This document shows, piece by piece, positions 55,592 to 64,000 of a stretch of 64,000 nucleotides of DNA (position 1 is the first letter of the stretch; each line of letters begins with the position of its first letter). The translations under genes and the position numbers were made by a program. Under the pieces are notes generated by a model, which saw nothing but the letters and a program-made list of their open reading frames with translations, did no database searches and was not told the DNA's origin. Origin of the DNA: Bacteroidia bacterium (lineage in GTDB: Bacteria > Bacteroidota > Bacteroidia > UBA8524); NCBI GenBank assembly GCA_965249955.1, contig OZ252261.1:1823971-1887970 (forward strand), given 5' to 3'.

Positions 55592-56770
55592 TTGATGAGT
55601 GAAGAAAATAACAACTTTTGGCAGCGTTTGTGGGCTTTTTTAACCCCTGCACGTATTGGCTTGCTATATATAGTAGCCTTTGTGGCCGCATCAATAGCCC
55701 AATACTACAAACCCCAGTCGGGCGAGTATACCAATTATAATAACTACATCATTTTTAAGCAGGCGTTTTACCACCTGCTACACGGTAAAGACCTTTACAT
55801 ACTGCACCCTACCGAGTGTTGGGATTTGTTTAAGTACAGTCCCGCCTTTGCCTTGTTTATGGGCGTTTTTGCTTGGATGCCCGATATTGTAGGGCTATCG
55901 CTATGGAATTTACTAAACGCAATGGTGTTGTGGTACGCATTTACTCAATTGCCACAAGCCAATAGCAAACAAAAGGCCTTTATGTTGCTGTTTGTATTTT
56001 TAGAATTGTTAACCAGTATACAAAACTCACAAAGCAACGGACTTATAGCAGGGCTTTTGTTATTAGCTTTTGTACGATTAGAAAAAGGCGATGTAGTTTG
56101 GTCGCCGTTGTATATCATGCTAACCGTATTTATAAAAATATTTGGTGTAGTAGCCTTTGCACTGTTTTTGCTGTATCCCAAAAAGCTAAAATTTATGACC
56201 TATAGCATACTTTGGGGCGTAGTGCTTTTAGTATTGCCCATAGTGGTTACAGGAGGCGACGGCTTATTAATGCAATACCAAAGCTGGTGGAATATGCTAA
56301 AAGAAGACCATTCTGCATCTGTTGGGCTATCCGTTATGGGGTGGCTTGAGACTTGGTTTGGCTACAACGGCAGCAAAACATTTATCACCCTATTGGGGGT
56401 AGTATTGTTTTGTCTTCCACTACTAAAAATGAAATACTACGGCGATTATATGTACCGTGTGCTGTTGTTGGCATCGGTATTGTTGTGGGTAATCATCTTT
56501 AACCATAAGGCTGAATCGCCCACCTTTATTATTGCTATTTTAGGCGTAGCCCTTTGGTTTTTTATGCAGAAAAGAGAAACGTGGAAAATTGTAGTAGTGG
56601 TATTGGCGTTTGTATTTACCTCGCTATCGCCCACCGATTTGTTTCCGCACTTTGTGCGTAAAGAATTAGTAGAACCTTATGTGCTAAAAGCTGTGCCTTG
56701 TATATTGGTTTGGTGCATTATTGTTTACGAAATGTTATTTAAAAAATATGAGTTGTATAAAAGTGAGTAG
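55592..56770 (+). CDS. DUF2029 / glycosyltransferase-family-87-like (PimE-type) polyprenol-phosphate-sugar-dependent membrane glycosyltransferase candidate.
   Basis: 392 aa with ~10 TM. Size and topology match GT87/DUF2029 proteins. Short loops lead to a cytoplasmic C-terminal tail. Confidence 0.5.
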   Translation: MMSEENNNFWQRLWAFLTPARIGLLYIVAFVAASIAQYYKPQSGEYTNYNNYIIFKQAFYHLLHGKDLYILHPTECWDLFKYSPAFALFMGVFAWMPDIVGLSLWNLLNAMVLWYAFTQLPQANSKQKAFMLLFVFLELLTSIQNSQSNGLIAGLLLLAFVRLEKGDVVWSPLYIMLTVFIKIFGVVAFALFLLYPKKLKFMTYSILWGVVLLVLPIVVTGGDGLLMQYQSWWNMLKEDHSASVGLSVMGWLETWFGYNGSKTFITLLGVVLFCLPLLKMKYYGDYMYRVLLLASVLLWVIIFNHKAESPTFIIAILGVALWFFMQKRETWKIVVVVLAFVFTSLSPTDLFPHFVRKELVEPYVLKAVPCILVWCIIVYEMLFKKYELYKSE

Positions 56771-57869
56771 AATAATTTTAACCTTAACATTAACCTTTTT
56801 AATGGTAGGGGCGCAAGCCCAAACCCTTAAAGAAAAAGAATACAAAAGTACAAGCCTAGTAGCCGAAGGCGAAAGCTATAACAACGGCAAAAGGCATGGA
56901 TACTGGATATTGTATGCTTCTAACGGACAAAAAGAACAAGAAGGCAAGTACCAAGATGGTTTGAAACAAGGTGCATGGAAACGTTACGACCCAACTACTA
57001 AAAACATTATTGAAGATGTAATTTATAAAAACGATACTGCCCACGGTGTATACAAAAGCTATTATTCTGACGGCAAAAAAGCCGAAGAAGGTACGTTTGA
57101 TATGGGCTACCAAATAGGTGTGTGGAAACAATACTATAACACTGCAAACAATTACCTTGCATCAGTAGGGGAGTTTAAAAACGGTGAGAAAGAAGGCAAG
57201 TGGACGTATTATTTTGATGCCGAAGGACTGCAGGTGTACGAAACAGGGTTTTATGTAAAAGGGCAGCGGAACGGCCAATGGAAAATGTATTTTCAAGGGG
57301 CAGAAAAAGCCCGACAAGCCGAAGGCAATTATAAAAAAGGAATGAAGGATGGCGTGTGGGTGTTTTACAACCAGCAACCCAACACCCTTTTATCGCGTAT
57401 ACTTTATACGGCTAATTTAGAGCAAGATACTTTTACTACGTATTACCCCAGCGGTAAAGTACACGAGCGCGGAGCTTATGTAAACGGCCAATACCATGGC
57501 TTATACGAGGAACTGTATGAAAACGGAGAGCGAAAAACCGAAGGAGCTTTTACTTATGGCGAAAAAACCGACGAATGGAAGTTTTTTTATGAAACAGGAA
57601 TAATGAAAATGCTGGGTAGCTATTATAAAAATAAAGCTAACGGTATGTGGAAATATTACCGTGATAATGGTTCGCTAGAAAGGGAGCAGGAGTATAAAAA
57701 CAATGTGCCTGACGGCAGGTACTTGGAGTATTTTTTTAACGGAAAGATTTACAAAAAAGGTCAGATGACCAATTTTATGAAGCAAGGTAAGTGGGAAGAA
57801 TACGATATAACGGGTAACTTAATGAAAGTTGAAATTTGGGAAGATAACCGATTGATTGATAGTCAATAG
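56748..57869 (+). CDS. Secreted MORN-variant repeat protein (YwqK-like repeat family), second copy in the window.
   Basis: Signal peptide, then more than 10 repeats of G.W..Y..NG....EG.Y..G...G (GKRHGYWILYASNGQKEQEGKYQDGLKQGAW, GEKEGKWTYYFDAEGLQVYETGFYVKGQRNGQW). Confidence 0.55.
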   Translation: MSCIKVSRIILTLTLTFLMVGAQAQTLKEKEYKSTSLVAEGESYNNGKRHGYWILYASNGQKEQEGKYQDGLKQGAWKRYDPTTKNIIEDVIYKNDTAHGVYKSYYSDGKKAEEGTFDMGYQIGVWKQYYNTANNYLASVGEFKNGEKEGKWTYYFDAEGLQVYETGFYVKGQRNGQWKMYFQGAEKARQAEGNYKKGMKDGVWVFYNQQPNTLLSRILYTANLEQDTFTTYYPSGKVHERGAYVNGQYHGLYEELYENGERKTEGAFTYGEKTDEWKFFYETGIMKMLGSYYKNKANGMWKYYRDNGSLEREQEYKNNVPDGRYLEYFFNGKIYKKGQMTNFMKQGKWEEYDITGNLMKVEIWEDNRLIDSQ

Positions 57870-57871
57870 GA

Positions 57872-60121
57872 TTACACCCCAAGCCAATATACCAACTTTA
57901 TTACCACACCTCTATCTCGCACCCTAAAATCGGGAAGGGCACGTCCTGCATTATTTATGGGGTTATAATTATCTCCCCATACCACAAATAAATCGCTCAT
58001 GGGGGCAAAACGCCATTGCAAACGGGTGTTAATATTTACATTATCTATTTGGGTATTGTATTGCACAAAAGTGGTAAAAAACAAGCTGCGGCTAAAGGTA
58101 AACTCCATGCGAGGGCCTATAAGCGTTAAGTTGGTATAACCGTAGGGTTGTGGCAATTTTATCTCGTTGGTTTGAAAATTTAAGCTAAAATTACCCCAAG
58201 GCTGTGCCCGGTAATACAAATTGCAGCCGTAGGCTAGTTGTTGGCCGTTAAAAAACTCACCATACGATACAAAAGCACTCCAATTAAACAGCTTACGACG
58301 GTTTGAGGTATAACTGGCGCTAAAATTATTATAGTGGTAGTTGCCCACAGGCAAAGGCACGTTACCCGTCCCCGTTATGTCAATAGGAAAGTATAAATAG
58401 GTTTGGTTTATCTTATATTCAATACCTATTTCAGCCGTGTTTAAAAAAATTATTTGCAGATAAGGGTCGTAAATAGCATCGTTCGAGAATAGCGAAGAAT
58501 CGGCATACCAACTGGCATAAATACCGGGTTTTATAGCATATATCTTACTATTTTTGGGGTAAAAGGCATGGGTTATTTCGGGCTCTAACCGCCAATAAGT
58601 CATAGGCACCTCAATATTGCGGGCACCATCGTATACCTTTTGGCGGGGCACAAAACCTACATCTGCATGGTAGTTGTTGCCTACATACTCGTGGTTCCAC
58701 ATTATAAACCAGCGGGCGGTGCTGTATCGCAACCACGATGCGTGTGCATAAGCGTTTTTAGGCTGGTTGGGCGAAAACGAATGGTGAAAGAAAAACTTAC
58801 CCTGCCACTTATTATCGGCACTTGCCAAATTATAATCCAAACCCACAATGCGATTATAGGCATTGGCTGTGCTATCAGCTCCATGCAGGTTTTGTTTGTT
58901 TACCACTATAGCAGCAACATTGCTGCGTGCAAACACCTGCCTTTGTACGGCGGCTACCGTAAAATTTTCAGGGTTGGCAACTATGCCGCCTTCGTTATAG
59001 GCTTTGGTTTGAATATTCATAAGCCCCATACGCCAGTTTTTGTCTAGTTTTCCACTAAGCCGTGCGCCTGCTATTATGGGTATGGTAACACTACTACCAT
59101 TTTTTAGCCCGATACGGCGCGAGAAAAACGGACGTATTTTACTAAACCCGAAACTGCCAAACAGGTCAGAATTTTCAAGAAAAAATTGGCGTTGTTCAGG
59201 AAAAAACAAGCTAAAACGGGTGAGGTTAGTTACCTGCCTGTCTACATCAACTTGAGAAAAATCGGGATTTACTGTTAAATCAAGATTTAGCGATGGGGTT
59301 ACAGATACTTTGGCATCAAAGCCTGCATCAACCTTGTGTTGCCCTGCTGTTTGTGCAGCATAGTTTTGGCTAAATCTACTAATGGCATAGGGTATAACTG
59401 AGATATTAAGCCCTGCTTTGGGCGAGGGAGCATCCCACAACAGTTTGCCGGTATGGGCAAGTGATGCTACGTCAAAATTTCTGGGGACTTTGCTCCAACT
59501 GCTGTTTTCATTAATTTTTTGATTGTTTCTTGAAAAGTTTATGCCCCACTGCATTACCCCCTCTTTGTACCTCAGTGTTTTAAAAGGGATTTTAAATTCA
59601 GTTATCCAGTACCCCTTGTGCCGTGTAACTTCAGAGAACCATTTGTTATCCCAATTTATAGTTGTGCCAAAGCTGCCACCGTTTTGTATTAGCCCTTCTT
59701 GCTGTGCCCCGTAGGGGTTTACGGCAAAAGTAACTCCGTTGGTTTTATCGTTAAAAGGGTCTATATAAATAGCAAAAGCATCGTTGTTGGTATATGTAAA
59801 ATCGCGCTTTAATGATGATACAACATAGTTTCCGTCAAACCCATCGTAGCAAATAGCAGCCACATAAATATTGTGTTGGTCATAGGTCATCATCACTTCG
59901 GTTTTAGTGGTAGCCAAAGCAGTATCGTAGGGATATTGTTGCCAAAAATTATTGGCTTTTTCAGCTTTTTGCCAAATAGCCTCGTTTAGTACACCATCAA
60001 TTTTTATCGATTCTTGGGTTTTGCTTAAAAAGTAGCTGCGTGCGCTATCGGGCTGGGTTTGTGCCTGCGCTGCACCTGCAATGAATAGTAAAAGAAAGAA
60101 AAAGAATTTATACCTACCCAC
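57872..60121 (-). CDS. Secreted CBM9-like plus DUF5916-like large beta-rich protein, probably outer-membrane associated.
   Basis: Signal peptide ending AQAQ. N-terminal IKIDGVLNEAIWQKAEKANNFWQQYPYD...YVAAICYD matches the CBM9-like domain found at the start of the DUF5916 architecture. The ~600-aa C-terminal region is rich in alternating aromatic residues. 749 aa. Confidence 0.5.
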   Translation of the reverse strand: MGRYKFFFFLLLFIAGAAQAQTQPDSARSYFLSKTQESIKIDGVLNEAIWQKAEKANNFWQQYPYDTALATTKTEVMMTYDQHNIYVAAICYDGFDGNYVVSSLKRDFTYTNNDAFAIYIDPFNDKTNGVTFAVNPYGAQQEGLIQNGGSFGTTINWDNKWFSEVTRHKGYWITEFKIPFKTLRYKEGVMQWGINFSRNNQKINENSSWSKVPRNFDVASLAHTGKLLWDAPSPKAGLNISVIPYAISRFSQNYAAQTAGQHKVDAGFDAKVSVTPSLNLDLTVNPDFSQVDVDRQVTNLTRFSLFFPEQRQFFLENSDLFGSFGFSKIRPFFSRRIGLKNGSSVTIPIIAGARLSGKLDKNWRMGLMNIQTKAYNEGGIVANPENFTVAAVQRQVFARSNVAAIVVNKQNLHGADSTANAYNRIVGLDYNLASADNKWQGKFFFHHSFSPNQPKNAYAHASWLRYSTARWFIMWNHEYVGNNYHADVGFVPRQKVYDGARNIEVPMTYWRLEPEITHAFYPKNSKIYAIKPGIYASWYADSSLFSNDAIYDPYLQIIFLNTAEIGIEYKINQTYLYFPIDITGTGNVPLPVGNYHYNNFSASYTSNRRKLFNWSAFVSYGEFFNGQQLAYGCNLYYRAQPWGNFSLNFQTNEIKLPQPYGYTNLTLIGPRMEFTFSRSLFFTTFVQYNTQIDNVNINTRLQWRFAPMSDLFVVWGDNYNPINNAGRALPDFRVRDRGVVIKLVYWLGV

Positions 60122-60171
60122 AATATATACCTCAAAAATAACAAAAGTGCCGGTTTAATGGCTCTGTTAGA

Positions 60172-60915
60172 CTAAGCAAATAAATTGTACTTCAAAATGC
60201 ACCAAATAGCCCTAAAACCATCGCGCCAGCCAATTTTTTTACCTTCTTCGTAGGTACGGCCATAATATGATATACCTACCTCGTAAATACGTATTTTGGG
60301 TATACGTGCAATTTTAGCAGTAACCTCAGGTTCAAAACCAAAGCGTTTTTCTTTTAAGTCTAACCCTTGCACCACCTCGCGGCGAAACATTTTGTAGCAA
60401 GTTTCCATATCTGTTAGGTTCAAATTGGTAAACATATTGCTAAGTAAGGTTAAAAACTTGTTTCCTATGGTGTGCCAAAAGAAAAGAATGCGGTGTGGGT
60501 TTCCGCCCATAAAACGGCTGCCGTATACTACGTCGGCAAAGCCATCGGTAATGGGTTGCAATAAAATATTAAACTCTTGTGGGTTATACTCAAGGTCGGC
60601 ATCCTGTATCACCACTATATCGCCTGTGGCTACTTTTATACCTGTGTGCAGGGCTGCGCCTTTACCTTTGTTTACCTCGTGCTGAAAAAAAACAATATTT
60701 AAGTCTTTGTTTTCGGCCATATAGCGTTCAACGGCTTCAACGGTATCGTCTTTGCTGCAATCGTTCACTATTATCACCTCTTTTTCCATACCACCGTCAA
60801 GCACCACATTTTTCACCTTATCCAGTATCAGGTGTATGGTTTTTCCTTCATTATAGGCCGGAATAACTATCGAAAGTGTTTTGAACATCCCAAAAAATTT
60901 GTGCAAAGAAAACAA
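60172..60915 (-). CDS. GT2-family polyprenol-phosphate sugar synthase (DPM1/GtrB/ArnC-like).
   Basis: [10 protein letters not shown] start of the GT-A fold. DCSKDDT and QDADLEY (DxD) motifs. ~245 aa with no large C-terminal membrane domain, as in dolichol/undecaprenol-phosphate mannose or glucose synthases. Confidence 0.7.
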   Translation of the reverse strand: MFSLHKFFGMFKTLSIVIPAYNEGKTIHLILDKVKNVVLDGGMEKEVIIVNDCSKDDTVEAVERYMAENKDLNIVFFQHEVNKGKGAALHTGIKVATGDIVVIQDADLEYNPQEFNILLQPITDGFADVVYGSRFMGGNPHRILFFWHTIGNKFLTLLSNMFTNLNLTDMETCYKMFRREVVQGLDLKEKRFGFEPEVTAKIARIPKIRIYEVGISYYGRTYEEGKKIGWRDGFRAIWCILKYNLFA

Positions 60916-60997
60916 ATAAACGGCAATTAGTGGCTTTTCGGCTTCATATACACTCCAATCAACGGTTTTTATATAAATTTGTTATTCGTAATAAGAT

Positions 60998-61753
60998 ATG
61001 AGAAACTTAGTATTAGTCCTTTTGCTGTTAATTAGCAGCCTAGCATTTTCACAAAAAACAACCGCAACAAAAACAGCAGGTGGCACTTCGCCAACGGTTG
61101 AAACGTATAAAAAGGCGTATTACATGGCGCTGCGTTGTGGAGATGCACAAGCGGCTGTTAATAGCTTGTACCTTATAATAGCCGAAGAGGGCGACTTAAG
61201 TCCATACAAAGACAGTCTTTTATTGATGTACTTTGATATGGCATCGTTTGTTCAGTGCGAGCGAGTGGCTACTGAATTAGTGAAAACGTATGCTGACTCT
61301 ATTGAGAAAGGAAAAAAACTTACGCAGCTTGAAATTTTGGCTATATCGCAAGCATCATTAGGTAAGGTAAAAGAAGCCATAGAATCTTTTGATAAATTGC
61401 TTTCAAAAACCAACGAAATGTACCATGCGTACCGCTTGGCCGAGTTACAGTATACCTACAAACGTGTTGGTGAAGCATTACAAAGTACCATGCGTGCCGA
61501 AAACTTGACCAATAGTATGAAAGCCCCAGTGAAGCTGGAGGTTGAAAAAAATAAAGTGCAAGAAGTGAAATTGGAGGCTGCTGTGCTAAACCTTAAAGGC
61601 TATATTTTATTGGAAGAATACCCCGATAAAAAAGCCGAAGCCATAGCCGCTTTTACCAAAGCCCTTGAAATACAACCCGATTTTATATTGGCAAAAAATA
61701 ATTTGGCCTATGCTACAGGAAGCAAACCCCAAGGTACGCCAGAAAACAAATAA
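60998..61753 (+). CDS. Hypothetical secreted helical (TPR-like) protein, 251 aa.
   Basis: Signal peptide MRNLVLVLLLLISSLAFSQ. Helical, repeat-like composition. Confidence 0.4.
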   Translation: MRNLVLVLLLLISSLAFSQKTTATKTAGGTSPTVETYKKAYYMALRCGDAQAAVNSLYLIIAEEGDLSPYKDSLLLMYFDMASFVQCERVATELVKTYADSIEKGKKLTQLEILAISQASLGKVKEAIESFDKLLSKTNEMYHAYRLAELQYTYKRVGEALQSTMRAENLTNSMKAPVKLEVEKNKVQEVKLEAAVLNLKGYILLEEYPDKKAEAIAAFTKALEIQPDFILAKNNLAYATGSKPQGTPENK

Positions 61754-61824
61754 TAACCTCAACAGATTAAAGCACGAAGCCCCTGTATGCAAAGCATACA
61801 GGGGCTTCTCTATATAAAACAAGA

Positions 61825-63132
61825 TTACTGTTTAATAACCTTTATAGTGTTGTTGCCTGCACGCAGCATATAAATACCTGTGGCTAGGTCATCTATTTGT
61901 AATTCGGTTGTTGTGGTTTGCCCTGCAAAAAACTGCACGGTTTGTGTTTTTAATACTTTGCCTGTTATATCAGTTAATACCAAATCAGTAGTTCCGTTAG
62001 TAGCAGCATCCAACTGCACAAACAGAGTGTTTGTGACAGGGTTGGGGTAGACTTTTAGTGTAGTAACTAAATTTTTTGCTTTGTTAATGCCGGTGGTGGT
62101 GGCAGGCACAAAAATCATTCGGTGCATAGGTGTAGTAGCCCACGACATTGGAGTAGCCCCTTTACGATAAATTTTTGCAGTATCGTATTGGTTGTTGGGT
62201 AGGTAGTTTAAAACAATACTATCGTTATAGTTTTCTTGTCCTGCTTGAAAATAGTGTGATGTTATAGCACTAAGTTTTGATGCTGTATAATAATGACTAT
62301 AAATATTAAACAGCTCTAAGCTGCTATTTTGACGATACCAATCAAAAACTTTGTCAATTTTACCATCTTGCGTATAAGTATATTCTTTCATTCCTATTTT
62401 AACTAAAGGCCCGCCTTGGTTAAAATTGTAAAGAGAAATTACACGCTTAAGTTCACCGGTTGTATAATACTCGTACAACGATTGTGAAATTGTATCAATA
62501 CCAAAGCGTTGGGGAACATTCCGTTCAACACTTTCTGTGCATCTGCCATTGTTATCGTAGGTATAATATGTAATTATTTTGCTGGCGGGGTTTAAATACA
62601 CTACAGAATCTATACGCCTTTTATTATTGGCATTGTATAGCAAGAACCTGTTTGATTCAGGAGTATAGGTGCTACCCACTTGATAGTAAAAATCTACCTG
62701 TTTTTCTTTCTTATTGGGGTAGTAGGTATATACTGTTTTAACTTTAAAGTTGGTTCCTGTATAGTTAACTTCAAGTTCTTTCTCCTCAACCAAACTCTCA
62801 CTATTGTATATGCTGCTGTATTCGGCTTTGTAATTATTTTCCCAAAAGCTATTTGCCGTATCCCAATAGGCAGTTGATAGCTCTGAAAAGCCACCAAAAG
62901 CATCGCGACTACTTACTGCCAACTCTACATTTCTCCATATTCCTTGTGTGGCTATAAACTCTTCCCTTGTCCACCCTTCTGTTTCAGTTCTCAAAATATC
63001 CCTATAAGCCAATGGAAGTTCTACCACCGGTTTATAAAAAGGAATTCCGCTAGCAAGCTCATCTTGCGCGGAAGTTAAGGAGGGCATACTTAGTAATAAG
63101 CCCATAAAAAAGCAGATAAAAATTGTTTTCAT
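61825..63132 (-). CDS. T9SS C-terminal-domain cargo protein with YD-like repeats.
   Basis: Signal peptide from MKTIFICFFMGLLLSMPSLTSAQ. YD-type repeats (YYTYDNNGRCTE, YTYTQDGKIDKV). C-terminal Por_Secre_tail (VYPNPVTNTLFVQLD...GIYMLRAGNNTIKVIKQ). Confidence 0.6.
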   Translation of the reverse strand: MKTIFICFFMGLLLSMPSLTSAQDELASGIPFYKPVVELPLAYRDILRTETEGWTREEFIATQGIWRNVELAVSSRDAFGGFSELSTAYWDTANSFWENNYKAEYSSIYNSESLVEEKELEVNYTGTNFKVKTVYTYYPNKKEKQVDFYYQVGSTYTPESNRFLLYNANNKRRIDSVVYLNPASKIITYYTYDNNGRCTESVERNVPQRFGIDTISQSLYEYYTTGELKRVISLYNFNQGGPLVKIGMKEYTYTQDGKIDKVFDWYRQNSSLELFNIYSHYYTASKLSAITSHYFQAGQENYNDSIVLNYLPNNQYDTAKIYRKGATPMSWATTPMHRMIFVPATTTGINKAKNLVTTLKVYPNPVTNTLFVQLDAATNGTTDLVLTDITGKVLKTQTVQFFAGQTTTTELQIDDLATGIYMLRAGNNTIKVIKQ

Positions 63133-63231
63133 ATTGTATTGAGTATAAAAATGGGTGTAATGCTGCATTGTAAAAAACCGCTGTGCATAGCACAGCGGTT
63201 TTACAGATAGATAGATTTAAAAATACAAAAC

Positions 63232-64000
63232 TTATTGTTTTGCTATCTTAATGGTTTTGTTGCCGGCTCTTAGCATATAAAAGCCGGTAGCCATACCGTT
63301 AAGCTTTATTTGAGTATTTATGGGCTGCCCAGCAAACAGGATTAGTGTTTGGGTATTTAAAACTCTGCCTGTCATATCGGTTAAAACCAACTCAGTAGTT
63401 CCATTGGTGCTAGCCTCAACCTCTACAAACAAAGTATTTGTGGCCGGGTTGGGGTAGGCGGTTAAATGGGGTGTAATGTTGTTAACTTGTGGTATACCCG
63501 TTGTATTTTTATCAAACAAAAAGCGTTGGCTATAGCTACTTTCCCAAGCCATATCCCCGTCGCCTCCATAAAAGTGTGCCGTATCGTATTCGCCGTTAGG
63601 CAAATAATTCATCACAATACTATCTTGGGTTCCCCACCCTTTAAGGGTAGGCTGCTTAAACACCATAGCAGCAAGTTTGTTTTGTGCGTTATAGTAATGT
63701 TTGTAAAACATATCATTATCCATTTGTGTAGAGCTGGTGTCTTTTAAATAGGTTGTCATCTCATCAATTTTACCGGTCGGGGTGTATGTGTAAGTATATA
63801 GCGAGGCATCTATTCTCCTGTCGCTACTTTTCTTATATTCAATAAGTTTAGCGTTCAAACGACCATCAACAGTATAGGTGTAAGAGGTTGTAGTAGTTGT
63901 GTCAAATACATTATTTGCAGATAGAATTGTTTCCATCTGCCTAACACAGCGGTTGTTGTTGTCGTATTCGTAATAAATCATTAAATTATTGGTAGATGTA
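63232..64000 (-). CDS. Paralogous T9SS C-terminal-domain YD-like repeat protein. The 5' end may run past the window, because the ORF stays open to nt 64000.
   Basis: CTD AYPNPATNTLFVEVEASTNGTTELVLTDMTGRVLNTQ...GFYMLRAGNKTIKIAKQ is ~70% identical to the neighbour's CTD. YD-like units are present (YTYTVDGRLNAKL, YTYTYTPTGKIDEM). Confidence 0.55.
   Translation of the reverse strand, partial: TSTNNLMIYYEYDNNNRCVRQMETILSANNVFDTTTTTSYTYTVDGRLNAKLIEYKKSSDRRIDASLYTYTYTPTGKIDEMTTYLKDTSSTQMDNDMFYKHYYNAQNKLAAMVFKQPTLKGWGTQDSIVMNYLPNGEYDTAHFYGGDGDMAWESSYSQRFLFDKNTTGIPQVNNITPHLTAYPNPATNTLFVEVEASTNGTTELVLTDMTGRVLNTQTLILFAGQPINTQIKLNGMATGFYMLRAGNKTIKIAKQ

Noticed and set aside
1-64000. Search for CRISPR arrays, tRNA/rRNA genes and IS/transposase/integrase genes.
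   Set aside because: I saw no regularly spaced direct repeats of 25-50 bp. There were no tRNA T-loop/acceptor signatures and no rRNA-like conserved blocks. No ORF had DDE-transposase or tyrosine/serine recombinase motifs. The AT-rich islets lack recognisable flanking direct repeats.

Overview
This window looks like chromosomal DNA from a Bacteroidota (Flavobacteriia/Cytophagia/Saprospiria-like) genome. Gene density is high, leaders are short, and several genes sit directly after Bacteroidetes-type TAnnTTTG -7 elements. Housekeeping content is recognisable: hpf, a LytS-type sensor kinase with a LytTR regulator, purQ, ruvA, the 2397-aa type IX secretion translocon SprA, dedA, aroE, a 487-aa isocitrate-dehydrogenase-family enzyme, dcd, a 4'-phosphopantetheinyl transferase, and a system-I cytochrome c maturation block ccmC-(D)-E-F whose CcmE carries a CxxxY motif. 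Accessory content is richer. There are three proteins with T9SS C-terminal sorting domains, two of them YD-like-repeat paralogs. A lipoprotein-anchored truncated-haemoglobin-like protein is present. Two divergent SIMPL paralogs share an identical 84-bp 5' end. A LutA-like CCG-domain protein pairs with an Ldh_2-family dehydrogenase. Two tandem hypothetical paralogs sit beside a scramblase-family protein. Two AT-rich islets carry MORN/YwqK-like proteins. An intergenic palindromic repeat family has at least three copies of a GTCATCCTGAGCGAAGTC core. The most striking block is 46.8-56.8 kb, where at least seven consecutive polytopic membrane proteins with GT-C-like features are encoded. These include a tandem DUF2079-like duplication, a DUF2029/GT87-like protein and a Cys-rich-loop membrane protein, with a GT2 polyprenol-phosphate sugar synthase nearby. 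I could not find rRNA, tRNA, a CRISPR array, or a transposase or integrase by eye. All homology statements come from motif and architecture recognition, not from database searches.
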